Source: an uncultured Bacilli bacterium (lineage in GTDB: Bacteria > Bacillota_I > Bacilli_A > RF39 > UBA660). Taken from it: 59,323 bases of DNA. Location: the NCBI GenBank assembly GCA_949425575.1, contig CASPVX010000003.1, positions 1 through 59,323 on the forward strand, in the 5' to 3' direction. The notes under the pieces were generated by a model that saw nothing but the letters and a program-made list of their open reading frames with translations, made no database searches and was not told where the DNA came from. The position numbers and the translations under genes are program-made. Shown piece after piece: positions 1 to 8,797 of the stretch. How positions within the stretch are numbered: the stretch's first letter is position 1; the number at the start of each line of letters is the position of its first letter.

Positions 1-914
1 TAACATTAGAATTTATATATGCACAAAAAACAGGTTCTGGAGTAGTACCAAGCGTACCAACAGCAGCAGAAATGCTTAAAGAAAAAGTTACTACAACAGG
101 AGATGGATTATATGAAGATGAGTATGAAGAAGGAAGACATGTATATAAAGGTGCAAATCCAAATAACTATATAACATTTAACGAGGAAAATGATGGAGCA
201 GCAGGCTGGAGAATATTTTCTGTAGAAGCAGATGGAACAATAAAAATCTTAAAAAAAGATAGTATAGGTAATAAGGTATTTGATTCTAAAGGGCGACGAG
301 ATAGTACAAGTAATGGTGCAGGAGGAACATATTGTGCGAAATATTGGTCTGGATGTAATGCATGGTCTATAAATGATAATTTTGTAAATGAAAGTATGAT
401 AGGAACAGTATTGATTGATTCAGAAATAAATGAATTTTTAAATAATGATTACTATGATGGAAAAATTACTAATGGAATGGCTGAAAAATCAAGAGGATTA
501 ATTGTAAGCAATAAATTTAATGTTGGACCAGTACTGTTTGCAAATTCGGACTTAAACAATCAAATAATTTCAGAAAATAGTATAACTTGGAATGGGGGAA
601 TAGGGTTGTTAACAGCGAGTGAAATTTTGAGATCCAATTCAAATGAAACTCAATGTAGAAACCTTAAATTAAATTCAGAGAATGCAGATTTATGTAAGGC
701 GACTAGCTATATATCAGCAATGGGAAAAGATTTATGGACAATGTCTCCATCAACACAATCGACAGACATGCAAAATGTTTTATATTCAAGAGGGTATCTT
801 GGACGTGATAGTGTAACACAGTCTTATGGAATATATCCAGCCCTTTATCTTAAATCTGATATAACTTTATCAGGTAGTGGAACAATTGATGATCCATATA
901 TAATTAATTCTTAA
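1..914 (+). CDS. Secreted/surface protein, 3' part only (5' end lies upstream of the window). DUF6273-like C-terminal domain. Paralogue of 28280..29545
   Basis: Frame 3 is open from nt 3 (TLEFIYAQKTGSGVVPSVPTAAEMLKEK...), so the M at 72 is internal. GDGLYEDEYEEGRHVYKGANPNNYI aligns with DDGLYEDSYESGRYIYKGSNPKNNI of the 28280 gene. Both proteins end ...LYL.S.I...G.G...DPYII. Confidence 0.75.
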   Translation, partial: TLEFIYAQKTGSGVVPSVPTAAEMLKEKVTTTGDGLYEDEYEEGRHVYKGANPNNYITFNEENDGAAGWRIFSVEADGTIKILKKDSIGNKVFDSKGRRDSTSNGAGGTYCAKYWSGCNAWSINDNFVNESMIGTVLIDSEINEFLNNDYYDGKITNGMAEKSRGLIVSNKFNVGPVLFANSDLNNQIISENSITWNGGIGLLTASEILRSNSNETQCRNLKLNSENADLCKATSYISAMGKDLWTMSPSTQSTDMQNVLYSRGYLGRDSVTQSYGIYPALYLKSDITLSGSGTIDDPYIINS

Positions 915-920
915 TATATA

Positions 921-948
921 AACTTTAGATTTTTTCTAAAGTTTTTTT
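921..948 (+). terminator. Intrinsic terminator
   Basis: Stem AACTTTAGA/TCTAAAGTT, 5-nt loop, T-run. Confidence 0.75.
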
Positions 949-1033
949 ATTTTTCATAAAATAAAAAGGAAATTAAAAAGTTTTCTTCTATCATATTAAT
1001 AGAAGGGTAAAAAGGTGGAAGAAAGGAGGATAT

Positions 1034-1906
1034 ATGATTGGACATGTGTTAGTAAACACAAATGAAGTTATGACAAATGATTATCAGATGGAACATCAGG
1101 CATTAGATTTGATAGGAAATGGAAATTCAATAAGTGATGTTATTTCATTGGAAGATGGGGTAGTAGAATTAGTAGTATCTGATGTCGTAAATACTGATAG
1201 AAATGCTAGAGGAACTGATAGTTATGGAAACTTCGTAAAGATAAGACATGAAAATGGAAAAAAGACATTATATGCACATTTAAAATATGGCAGCGTAAAT
1301 GTTAAGAAAGGAGAAAAGATAGAAAAAGGAGAAAAAATTGGTACAATGGGAGCCACTGGAAATGCATATGGTGTTCATCTTCACTTCGAAGTAAGAAATC
1401 AAGATGAGAGTAGAGAAAATCCTTACGAATATTTATGGGGGCAAAAACAAATTAAAGAAAAAAATTTGAAAAAAACAAATGTAATAAGTAAAATACAGGA
1501 ACAAAATGTAGAAGTACCAAAAGAAGAAATAAAAGAAGAAAACATAAATAAAATTAGTGTAAAAAAAGAAGAAAAAATGAAAGAGGAGAAAGAAGAAAGC
1601 AAAAAAGATGAAAAGGAAGAAAGTACTAAGTATGATAATATAGTTCAAAATAAAAAAGTACAAAAAAAGGAAATTCAAATAAATAAAACTGAAAAAACTG
1701 TAAATATTAAAAATGAATATTTAGAAAATATAAATTATAATTATTATTCAATTGTAGATGCATTAAAAGAAATTGAAATAGATAGTAGTTTTGAATATAG
1801 AAGTAAACTTGCTTTAAAAAATGGAATTAAAAACTATAAAGGAACAGCTAGTCAAAACTTAAAACTTTTAAAGCTTTTAAAAAATGGGAAATTATTAAGC
1901 GTTTAA
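1034..1906 (+). CDS. M23/LytM-family peptidase with Lys/Glu-rich linker and short C-terminal module
   Basis: AGGAGG RBS. H-x3-D (HQALD) and GVHLHFEV motifs. GNFVKIRHENGKKTLYAHL. KE-rich low-complexity region, then ...NGIKNYKGTASQNLKLLKLL. No signal peptide visible. Confidence 0.75.
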   Translation: MIGHVLVNTNEVMTNDYQMEHQALDLIGNGNSISDVISLEDGVVELVVSDVVNTDRNARGTDSYGNFVKIRHENGKKTLYAHLKYGSVNVKKGEKIEKGEKIGTMGATGNAYGVHLHFEVRNQDESRENPYEYLWGQKQIKEKNLKKTNVISKIQEQNVEVPKEEIKEENINKISVKKEEKMKEEKEESKKDEKEESTKYDNIVQNKKVQKKEIQINKTEKTVNIKNEYLENINYNYYSIVDALKEIEIDSSFEYRSKLALKNGIKNYKGTASQNLKLLKLLKNGKLLSV

Positions 1907-1956
1907 ACGCTTTTTCTTTTATTTAATATATTGTATAATAAATATAGGAGGATATT

Positions 1957-3465
1957 ATGACAAAAGGAGAAAATAATTTAGGTGCTGGGATAATTAAGTT
2001 TATAATTGTATTTGGGATTTTTTTATTTCAGGTTATAGTAATAGCATTCTTAATAAAAACAACTAAAGAAATAGAATTATATGCTAATGTATTTTTTGAA
2101 TTATTAAAATTGGCTTTGGTTCTTATGATTATTTATAAACCAGGTAATTCTTCATTTAAAATTGCTTGGATTATTTTAATCATGTTTTTCCCAATCTTTG
2201 GATTTTTACTATACTTATTATCAGGTAACTTAGATATGAATAAAAAATTTAAAAGGAAAAATAAGAATTTCGAAAAACACTATAACTTAAATAATAATAT
2301 CGAAATGACTAATGTTCCTAGAGAAATATCAAATCAGTTTGAATTCGCTAAAAATGTAACAGATTTGCCATTCTATAAAGCATCTGATATTAAATATTTT
2401 AAATTAGGTGAAGAATACTTTAAAGACATGATTGAAGACTTAAAAAATGCTAAAGAATATATTTTGTTTGAGTACTATATTATTTCTAAAAGTAATTTAT
2501 GGGATCAAATTTATGAAATATTAAAAGAAAAAGTAAAAGAAGGCGTAAAAGTATATCTGTCATTTGATGAAATGGGTTCTTTATTTAGTAAACCTAAAAA
2601 CTTTAAGGAAAGCTTACAAAAGGCTGGAATAAATGCAGTTTCTTTTAATCCAATAACCCCAATTTTAAAATTATCATTAAGTTATAGAAATCACCGAAAA
2701 ATAACTGTAATTGATGGTAATATTGCCTATACAGGTGGTATTAATATAGGTGATGAATATATTAATAAAAAAGAAAGATTTGGTCATTGGAAAGATACTG
2801 GAATAAAAATAACTGGAAAGCCAGTTTTAAACTTTGTTAAAATGTTTTCATTAGTTTGGTATTATCATACAAATGAAATTTTAAAATTTAATGAACCTAA
2901 ATATTCAGCAGAAAAAAAAGGTTATATTATACCTTACTGTGATTCACCTATGAATAAGCAAAATCCATCAGAAATGATATATATTAATATGATTAATAGT
3001 GCTACAGAAAACGTTTATATAACAACACCATACTTAATTTTAGATAATGAGATGGTAACTGTACTTTGTAATGCAGCAAGAAAAGGTGTTGATGTTAAAA
3101 TAATTACACCTTATATTCCTGATAAAAAAACAATAAAAGCATGTACTATTTCTTTTTATGGTATTTTATTAGAAGCAGGAGTTCACATTTATGAATATAC
3201 CCCAGGATTTATTCATGCTAAAAATTGCGTTGTTGACAATAAAATTGCTTCAGTAGGAACAGCTAATTTTGATTATAGAAGTTTATATTGGAATTATGAA
3301 TGTGGTGTACTTTCTTATGGTACTGGTGAAGAAAAGAAAGTTTCAGAAGACTTTTTAAATATAGTTTCTAAAAGTAATGAAATAACTTTAAAAAAATGGA
3401 ATCAAAGAAGCCTGATCACTAAAATTAAAGAAGCAATTTTAAAAGCACTTGCTCCTTTGTTATAA
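1957..3465 (+). CDS. cls: Cardiolipin synthase (two PLD/HKD domains)
   Basis: N-terminal TM helices. HKD motifs NHRKITVIDGNIAYTGGINIGDEY and IHAKNCVVDNKIASVGTANFDYRS. Confidence 0.9.
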   Translation: MTKGENNLGAGIIKFIIVFGIFLFQVIVIAFLIKTTKEIELYANVFFELLKLALVLMIIYKPGNSSFKIAWIILIMFFPIFGFLLYLLSGNLDMNKKFKRKNKNFEKHYNLNNNIEMTNVPREISNQFEFAKNVTDLPFYKASDIKYFKLGEEYFKDMIEDLKNAKEYILFEYYIISKSNLWDQIYEILKEKVKEGVKVYLSFDEMGSLFSKPKNFKESLQKAGINAVSFNPITPILKLSLSYRNHRKITVIDGNIAYTGGINIGDEYINKKERFGHWKDTGIKITGKPVLNFVKMFSLVWYYHTNEILKFNEPKYSAEKKGYIIPYCDSPMNKQNPSEMIYINMINSATENVYITTPYLILDNEMVTVLCNAARKGVDVKIITPYIPDKKTIKACTISFYGILLEAGVHIYEYTPGFIHAKNCVVDNKIASVGTANFDYRSLYWNYECGVLSYGTGEEKKVSEDFLNIVSKSNEITLKKWNQRSLITKIKEAILKALAPLL

Positions 3466-3508
3466 AATATAATAAGAAGGTGCATAATAACCATAGAGGT
3501 TTGATAAT

Positions 3509-4066
3509 ATGCATTTTATAAAAAATATTAATGAAAATGAAATACACCTTCATGGGATAAAGAGATTCACTAAATATATGTTAGTGTTTTTCTTACTCTC
3601 GGTCTTTGGATGGATATATGAAGAAATTTATTTTTTAATTGCATCCCATGAATTCGTAAATAGAGGTTTTTTCTACGGACCATATCTACCTGTTTATGGG
3701 TTTGGATGTATTCTCATAACATTTTTTATTAAAAAATTTAAAAATAAACCATTGTTATTTTTTATACTCACTATGTTAATAACAGGCGTTTTAGAATACT
3801 TAGTAGGATTTGTTTTAGAAAAAGTATGGCATAAACATCTGTGGGACTACAGTAATGAATTTTTAAATATAAATGGATTTATTTGTTTTAAATCAGTTAT
3901 TTCTTTCGCACTAGGTGGAATGATATTAATTTATATAATTGAACCATTAATTAATAATTTTACAAATAAAATATCTAAAAAACATGATATTATTATTAAT
4001 ATTTTTATTCCATTTATTTTAATAATTGATTTTATTTTTTCAATAGTTTATAAGCACCCATTATAG
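3509..4066 (+). CDS. Polytopic membrane protein, 'putative ABC-transporter type IV' (CmpB-like, PF06541-type). Paralogue at 40963..41550
   Basis: GWIYEEIYF...GFFYGPYLPVYGFG...LEY..GF.LEK...H.LWDYS matches the same blocks in the 40963 gene. Confidence 0.55.
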   Translation: MHFIKNINENEIHLHGIKRFTKYMLVFFLLSVFGWIYEEIYFLIASHEFVNRGFFYGPYLPVYGFGCILITFFIKKFKNKPLLFFILTMLITGVLEYLVGFVLEKVWHKHLWDYSNEFLNINGFICFKSVISFALGGMILIYIIEPLINNFTNKISKKHDIIINIFIPFILIIDFIFSIVYKHPL

Positions 4067-4076
4067 GTGCTTTTTT
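4052..4076 (+). terminator. Intrinsic terminator overlapping the stop codon
   Basis: Stem AAGCACC/GGTGCTT, 7-nt loop, T6. Confidence 0.75.
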
Positions 4077-4125
4077 CGTAATTATTTTAGCTTTTTGTGT
4101 TATAATTTAAATAGGAGGTATAAAT

Positions 4126-6696
4126 ATGCTAGAACTTAAAAATATAAAAAAAACATATATTTCGGGAAATGAAAAAGTAAAAGCACTAAAAGGAATAAGT
4201 CTTAATTTTAGAGAAAACGAATTCGTTTCAATTTTAGGTCAAAGCGGGTGTGGAAAAACAACACTTTTAAATATTGTAGGAGGACTTGATAGTTATACAA
4301 GTGGGGATTTAATTATTAATGGAAAATCTACTAAAAAGTATAATGCTAAAGATTGGGATACATATAGAAATCATTCGGTTGGATTTGTTTTTCAAAGCTA
4401 TAATTTGATTCCACATCAAACAGTTTTGTCTAATGTAGAACTTGCATTAACTTTATCTGGTGTTTCTAAAGAAGAAAGAAGAAAAAGAGCTATAGAAGTT
4501 TTAACTAAAGTTGGATTAAAAGAACAAATAAATAAAAAACCAAATCAAATGTCTGGTGGTCAAATGCAAAGAGTGGCAATAGCAAGAGCACTTATTAATG
4601 ATCCAGATATTTTGTTAGCTGATGAACCAACGGGAGCTTTAGATAGTGCGACTAGTGTTCAAATAATGGAATTATTAAAAGAAGTAGCAAAAGATAGATT
4701 AGTTGTTATGGTTACACATAATCCAGAACTTGCAGAGCAATATTCAACTAGAATTATTAATCTTTTAGACGGTGAAGTTACTAGTGATAGCAATCCATAT
4801 AATGGAAAAGGAAAAATAAAAGAAACAAAAAAGGGTAAAACCTCAATGTCATTTTTAACAGCTTTATCTTTATCTTTAAATAATTTAATGACTAAAAAAG
4901 GAAGAACACTTTTAACAGCTTTTGCAGGTAGTATTGGTATAATTGGTATTGCCCTTATAATGTCATTATCTAATGGTGTACAAAAATATATAGATAGAGT
5001 AGAACAAGATACATTATCATCATATCCGCTCACTATTGAAAAATCTTCTATGGATATGAGTGTTATGATGGAAGCTATTATGGGTATGCAAAATACTACA
5101 AGCAAAGATTATAAAGATGGAAAAATTCATCCAAATTTAATAATGAATGATTTATTAGATATGATGTCATCTAAATTGACTACAAATAATTTAGAAGAAT
5201 TTAAAAAATTTTTAGATTCCGACAAAGAAATAAAAAAATATATTAATGATATTCAATATGGTTATGGACTTACAGTTAACATTTACAATGAAAATAGTGA
5301 GCATGGAATTGTTCAAGTAAATCCAACAGAGATTGTTGAGAAAATTGGCATGTCTGATATGAAAGATATGCGTTCTAAAATGAATGTAAGTGATACCTTT
5401 GGAAGTTTTGACATTTGGACTGAACTTTTGAATAATCAAGACACTTTAAAAAAACAATATGATTTAGTAAAAGGTGCATGGCCTAAAAAATATGATGAAG
5501 TTGTTCTTATTTTAGATGAGAGCGGAAATATTAGCGATTATTCATTATATGCCTTAGGCGTTATGAATCCAGATGAACTTGCAGATAAATTTAACGACTT
5601 ATTAGACGGTAAAAAAGTTGATAAGGTTAAAACTAAAAACTATAGTTATGATGAATTAATAGATATGAAGTTTAAATTGATCTTACCAACAGATTATTAT
5701 GAAAAAGAGAATAATATGTGGGTAGATAAAAGTGATGATGAAGAATATCTTAAAAAAATAATAAAAGATGGCGAAGAAATAAAAGTAGTTGGAATTATAA
5801 AACCAAATGAAGAATCTGTGATTTCAAATCCATATGGTGGAGTAGGTTATACTAGTGATTTACAAAAACATATTATGGAAAAAACTAATGATACTCAAAT
5901 CGCTAAAGATCAGATGGAACATAAAGATACAAATGTATTTACTGGTATGGAGTTTAATTCTTCAGAAAAATTTGATTATTCTTCATTGAGTAAAGAACAA
6001 CAAATGTATTTAATGAATTTACCTCAAGAAGAAATGGCTAATTTAATTAATAGTTTTACTGAAAATGCGACTGCAACATATGAGTCAAATTTACAAAAAT
6101 TAGGTATTGCTGAACTTGATAAACCATCAAAAATTAATATTTATCCTAATGATTTTGAGGCTAAAGAAGAAATTGCATCTTTAATAGATAAGTATAATCA
6201 AAAGCAAACAGATAATAAAAAAGACGAAAATGTTATTAGTTATAGTGATGTAGTAGGTTCAATGATGAGTTCTGTTACAACTATCGTTGATATTGTTAGC
6301 TATGTATTGATGGCATTTGTTAGTGTTTCACTTATAGTTTCATCAATAATGATTGGAATTATCACTTATATTTCAGTATTGGAAAGAACAAAAGAAATAG
6401 GAATTTTAAGAGCTATAGGGGCATCTAAAAAAGATATTTCAAGAGTATTTAATGCTGAAACATTTATAATAGGATTAGTTGCTGGAGTCCTTGGAATTTT
6501 AGTAACACTTTTACTTAATATTCCAATTAATATGGTCTTAAAAAGTGTATTAGATGTTTCAAATATAGCATCATTACCTTTAAAACCTGCCTTAATATTA
6601 ATTGTAATTAGTATGGTACTTACAGTTATAGCTGGTTTAATCCCATCAAAAATGGCAAGTAAAAAGGATCCTGTTGAGGCACTTAGAACAGAGTAG
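4126..6696 (+). CDS. Fused ABC transporter ATPase plus FtsX/MacB-type permease with large extracytoplasmic domain
   Basis: Walker A GQSGCGKTT, signature MSGGQMQR, Walker B ILLADEPT. C-terminal FtsX-like helices (ERTKEIGILRAIGASKKDI). Confidence 0.85.
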   Translation: MLELKNIKKTYISGNEKVKALKGISLNFRENEFVSILGQSGCGKTTLLNIVGGLDSYTSGDLIINGKSTKKYNAKDWDTYRNHSVGFVFQSYNLIPHQTVLSNVELALTLSGVSKEERRKRAIEVLTKVGLKEQINKKPNQMSGGQMQRVAIARALINDPDILLADEPTGALDSATSVQIMELLKEVAKDRLVVMVTHNPELAEQYSTRIINLLDGEVTSDSNPYNGKGKIKETKKGKTSMSFLTALSLSLNNLMTKKGRTLLTAFAGSIGIIGIALIMSLSNGVQKYIDRVEQDTLSSYPLTIEKSSMDMSVMMEAIMGMQNTTSKDYKDGKIHPNLIMNDLLDMMSSKLTTNNLEEFKKFLDSDKEIKKYINDIQYGYGLTVNIYNENSEHGIVQVNPTEIVEKIGMSDMKDMRSKMNVSDTFGSFDIWTELLNNQDTLKKQYDLVKGAWPKKYDEVVLILDESGNISDYSLYALGVMNPDELADKFNDLLDGKKVDKVKTKNYSYDELIDMKFKLILPTDYYEKENNMWVDKSDDEEYLKKIIKDGEEIKVVGIIKPNEESVISNPYGGVGYTSDLQKHIMEKTNDTQIAKDQMEHKDTNVFTGMEFNSSEKFDYSSLSKEQQMYLMNLPQEEMANLINSFTENATATYESNLQKLGIAELDKPSKINIYPNDFEAKEEIASLIDKYNQKQTDNKKDENVISYSDVVGSMMSSVTTIVDIVSYVLMAFVSVSLIVSSIMIGIITYISVLERTKEIGILRAIGASKKDISRVFNAETFIIGLVAGVLGILVTLLLNIPINMVLKSVLDVSNIASLPLKPALILIVISMVLTVIAGLIPSKMASKKDPVEALRTE

Positions 6697-6715
6697 AGAA
6701 ATCTACTCTTTTTTT
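6690..6715 (+). terminator. Intrinsic terminator overlapping the stop codon
   Basis: Stem AGAGTAG/CTACTCT, 6-nt loop, T-run. Confidence 0.75.
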
Positions 6716-6820
6716 ATAAATTATTTACAGTATTTCTGTAAATTTAAATTTTTAAAGTAATCTTTTATTTACAAGTTAAGTAAAGTTACGTTATACTTTA
6801 AATAAAGTAGGAGGTATAAA

Positions 6821-7684
6821 ATGAAAATAAAATTATTTTGGCTAACGCTAATTGTAGGAATTATAAGTATTTTTGGTATGACTGAGGTAAGTGCAGAAGA
6901 ATACAATAAATGGGATGAAGTTTATACAAAATTTTCTGAATTTACTAAAGAAGATGGAATTACACTAACAAAAACAGATAACGAAATAAATATTTCTTTA
7001 ACTAATACTAAATATGGTGCATATTCTATGAAAATGACTTATCAAGATAATAAATTAAGTTATATAAATGATAGAGATGTATCATCAGCAAACGATGAAA
7101 CAAAAATTTATTATTCTGATAATGATCTTTATTTTCTTGGATTAATGGTTTGTTCTATGTTTGATGCATATAAAATTGATCCATCATTAATAAGTGATGA
7201 AGGCGGCTTTTTTGCTAATGGAATAAAAATAGATTATGGAAAACAAATAGAAATCTCAAAAGAAGTAAATGGAGCTACTGTAACACGTACAGGGTCTCCA
7301 ATTAATTCATTTACTATTGATTTTAAATCTTTTTTTGAACAAACAGAAGATGTTCAAAATACTTTAGATAAAGACAGTGAAGAAAATATTAACCTTGTTG
7401 TAACATTATTCAAAGTATTAGTAAATCCATTAGATGATAATGTTTGGAAGTTTGATGGTTCTATTTCAGATAAAGTAGAAGATGAAATGAACAAAGTAGA
7501 AGATGAACAAACTCCTTCAAATGAAAATTCTGTAAACAACAAAAATACTAATACAGTTGAAAAAACAAATGAAAAAAATCCTGAAACAGGATTTGAATTA
7601 CCAATATTTTTAGTTGGTGCATTGATTACACTAGCAGGTGCATTAATTATTATAAGAAAGAAAAATTTATTCCAAAATATTTAA
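6821..7684 (+). CDS. Cell-wall-anchored surface protein with NPETG sorting signal (candidate sortase B substrate)
   Basis: Signal peptide MKIKLFWLTLIVGIISIFGMTEVSA. C-terminus NPETGFELP + hydrophobic stretch + RKKNLFQNI, the same tail architecture as the 39782 gene. Confidence 0.7.
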   Translation: MKIKLFWLTLIVGIISIFGMTEVSAEEYNKWDEVYTKFSEFTKEDGITLTKTDNEINISLTNTKYGAYSMKMTYQDNKLSYINDRDVSSANDETKIYYSDNDLYFLGLMVCSMFDAYKIDPSLISDEGGFFANGIKIDYGKQIEISKEVNGATVTRTGSPINSFTIDFKSFFEQTEDVQNTLDKDSEENINLVVTLFKVLVNPLDDNVWKFDGSISDKVEDEMNKVEDEQTPSNENSVNNKNTNTVEKTNEKNPETGFELPIFLVGALITLAGALIIIRKKNLFQNI

Positions 7685-7703
7685 GATGATGAAAATCATC
7701 TTT

Positions 7704-8642
7704 TTATATTGTAATAGTAGTTCCGTTTATCTTATAACCATGAAACTTAAGTTGTCTTAATAGTCTAAATAATGCATCATCTTTAGCTTTACACTCAAGC
7801 ATTATATCTATATCTCTGTTAAATTTTTTTAAAATATTTAAAAACTCCATAAAACTTTTTTCATTAATATATTCACTATGTGATCTTTTATCCCTAAAAC
7901 TTTTAGGTGAAGAAAAATGCATTTTGGGGTTTAATTCAGTATTTTTCCAAGTATTCAAAATTCTTTCTAAATAATCTTCAATATTTTCTTTTTCATTATT
8001 ACATTTATAATGATGATAGTCTAAAACCATTGGTATATCTAAGTCTTCACATAAAGATAAAGTATCTTTAATATTATATACTCGGTCATCATTTTCAAGC
8101 AAAACCAAACTTTTTATAACTTTGTCTAATTTGTTAAAGTTTTTTTTAAATCTTTCTATCGATTCTTCTTTTCCATTTTCACCACTACCAACATGTAAAA
8201 TAATTTTACTATTAATATTCATAGCCTTAATTATTTGATAGTTAAAATTTAAAATATTAAAAGAATTATTTACGACTTCTTTTTTTGTACTATTTAAAAT
8301 ACAGTATTGATCTGGATGAATATCTACTCGCATATTTAATTTATTAATTATTTTTCCTATTTTTTCCCATTCTTTTTTATAGTTTTTAATATAGTCGAAT
8401 TCAACTTTTTTATGTGAGGCTAGCGGAACCATACTATGTGATAACCTGTAAAAATAAATATTATTTTGCTCATTATATTTTAAAACGTTTTTTAATTCCT
8501 TAAAATTTAATTTTAAAATATTATCTAATTTTTTATAAGCATCATCTTTATTTAATTTTAAATAATTTGTATATGTTAAAGTGTGGCAATATGTTGTTCC
8601 GAGTGTTATAGGAACACATGCATATCCTAGTCTTATTTTCAT
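7704..8642 (-). CDS. uvsE: UV damage endonuclease UvsE/UvdE
   Basis: Collinear with B. subtilis UvsE: RLGY..., HPDQY, HVGS, LENDD, DYHH, SSPKS..RSH, ECKAKDDALFRL. Confidence 0.9.
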   Translation of the reverse strand: MKIRLGYACVPITLGTTYCHTLTYTNYLKLNKDDAYKKLDNILKLNFKELKNVLKYNEQNNIYFYRLSHSMVPLASHKKVEFDYIKNYKKEWEKIGKIINKLNMRVDIHPDQYCILNSTKKEVVNNSFNILNFNYQIIKAMNINSKIILHVGSGENGKEESIERFKKNFNKLDKVIKSLVLLENDDRVYNIKDTLSLCEDLDIPMVLDYHHYKCNNEKENIEDYLERILNTWKNTELNPKMHFSSPKSFRDKRSHSEYINEKSFMEFLNILKKFNRDIDIMLECKAKDDALFRLLRQLKFHGYKINGTTITI

Positions 8643-8797
8643 AAAATCACCATTTTTAGTATGTGATATAAAGATAATTTAAAACATAAAATATTTTAAT
8701 TATATAAACTAGAAAATAAATAAAAAAACATTTATTTTTCGATTTGACTAAATTAAAAAAATATATATAATATAGTCACAAGAAAAGGGGAATTTAT

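Noticed and set aside
1433-1678. 81-aa minus-strand ORF (poly-Phe/Leu).
   Set aside because: It is the antisense of the Lys/Glu-rich (AAA/GAA) linker of the M23 peptidase gene. Its composition is an artefact of that linker.
4659-5105. 148-aa minus-strand ORF inside the ABC transporter gene. Similar antisense or alternative-frame ORFs occur at 5212..5439, 7354..7542, 9570..9785, 12121..12539, 13143..13505, 17199..17444, 20027..20239, 22125..22403, 22839..23072, 23637..23822, 25069..25281, 28900..29103, 32784..33211, 33846..34088, 34481..35041, 35704..35886, 36686..36991, 41551..41808, 42655..42972, 44631..44996 and 52286..52498.
   Set aside because: All lie within genes that have strong motif support on the other strand or frame. 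They lack RBSs and have the I/F/L/S-rich composition expected from reading AT-rich coding DNA antisense.
6724-6742. Perfect palindrome TTTACAG-N5-CTGTAAA between the ABC transporter terminator and the promoter of the NPETG protein gene.
   Set aside because: It could be an operator, but 7-bp AT-rich palindromes are expected by chance in intergenic DNA of this composition. I found no second copy, for example in the srtB region, to suggest a shared regulator site.
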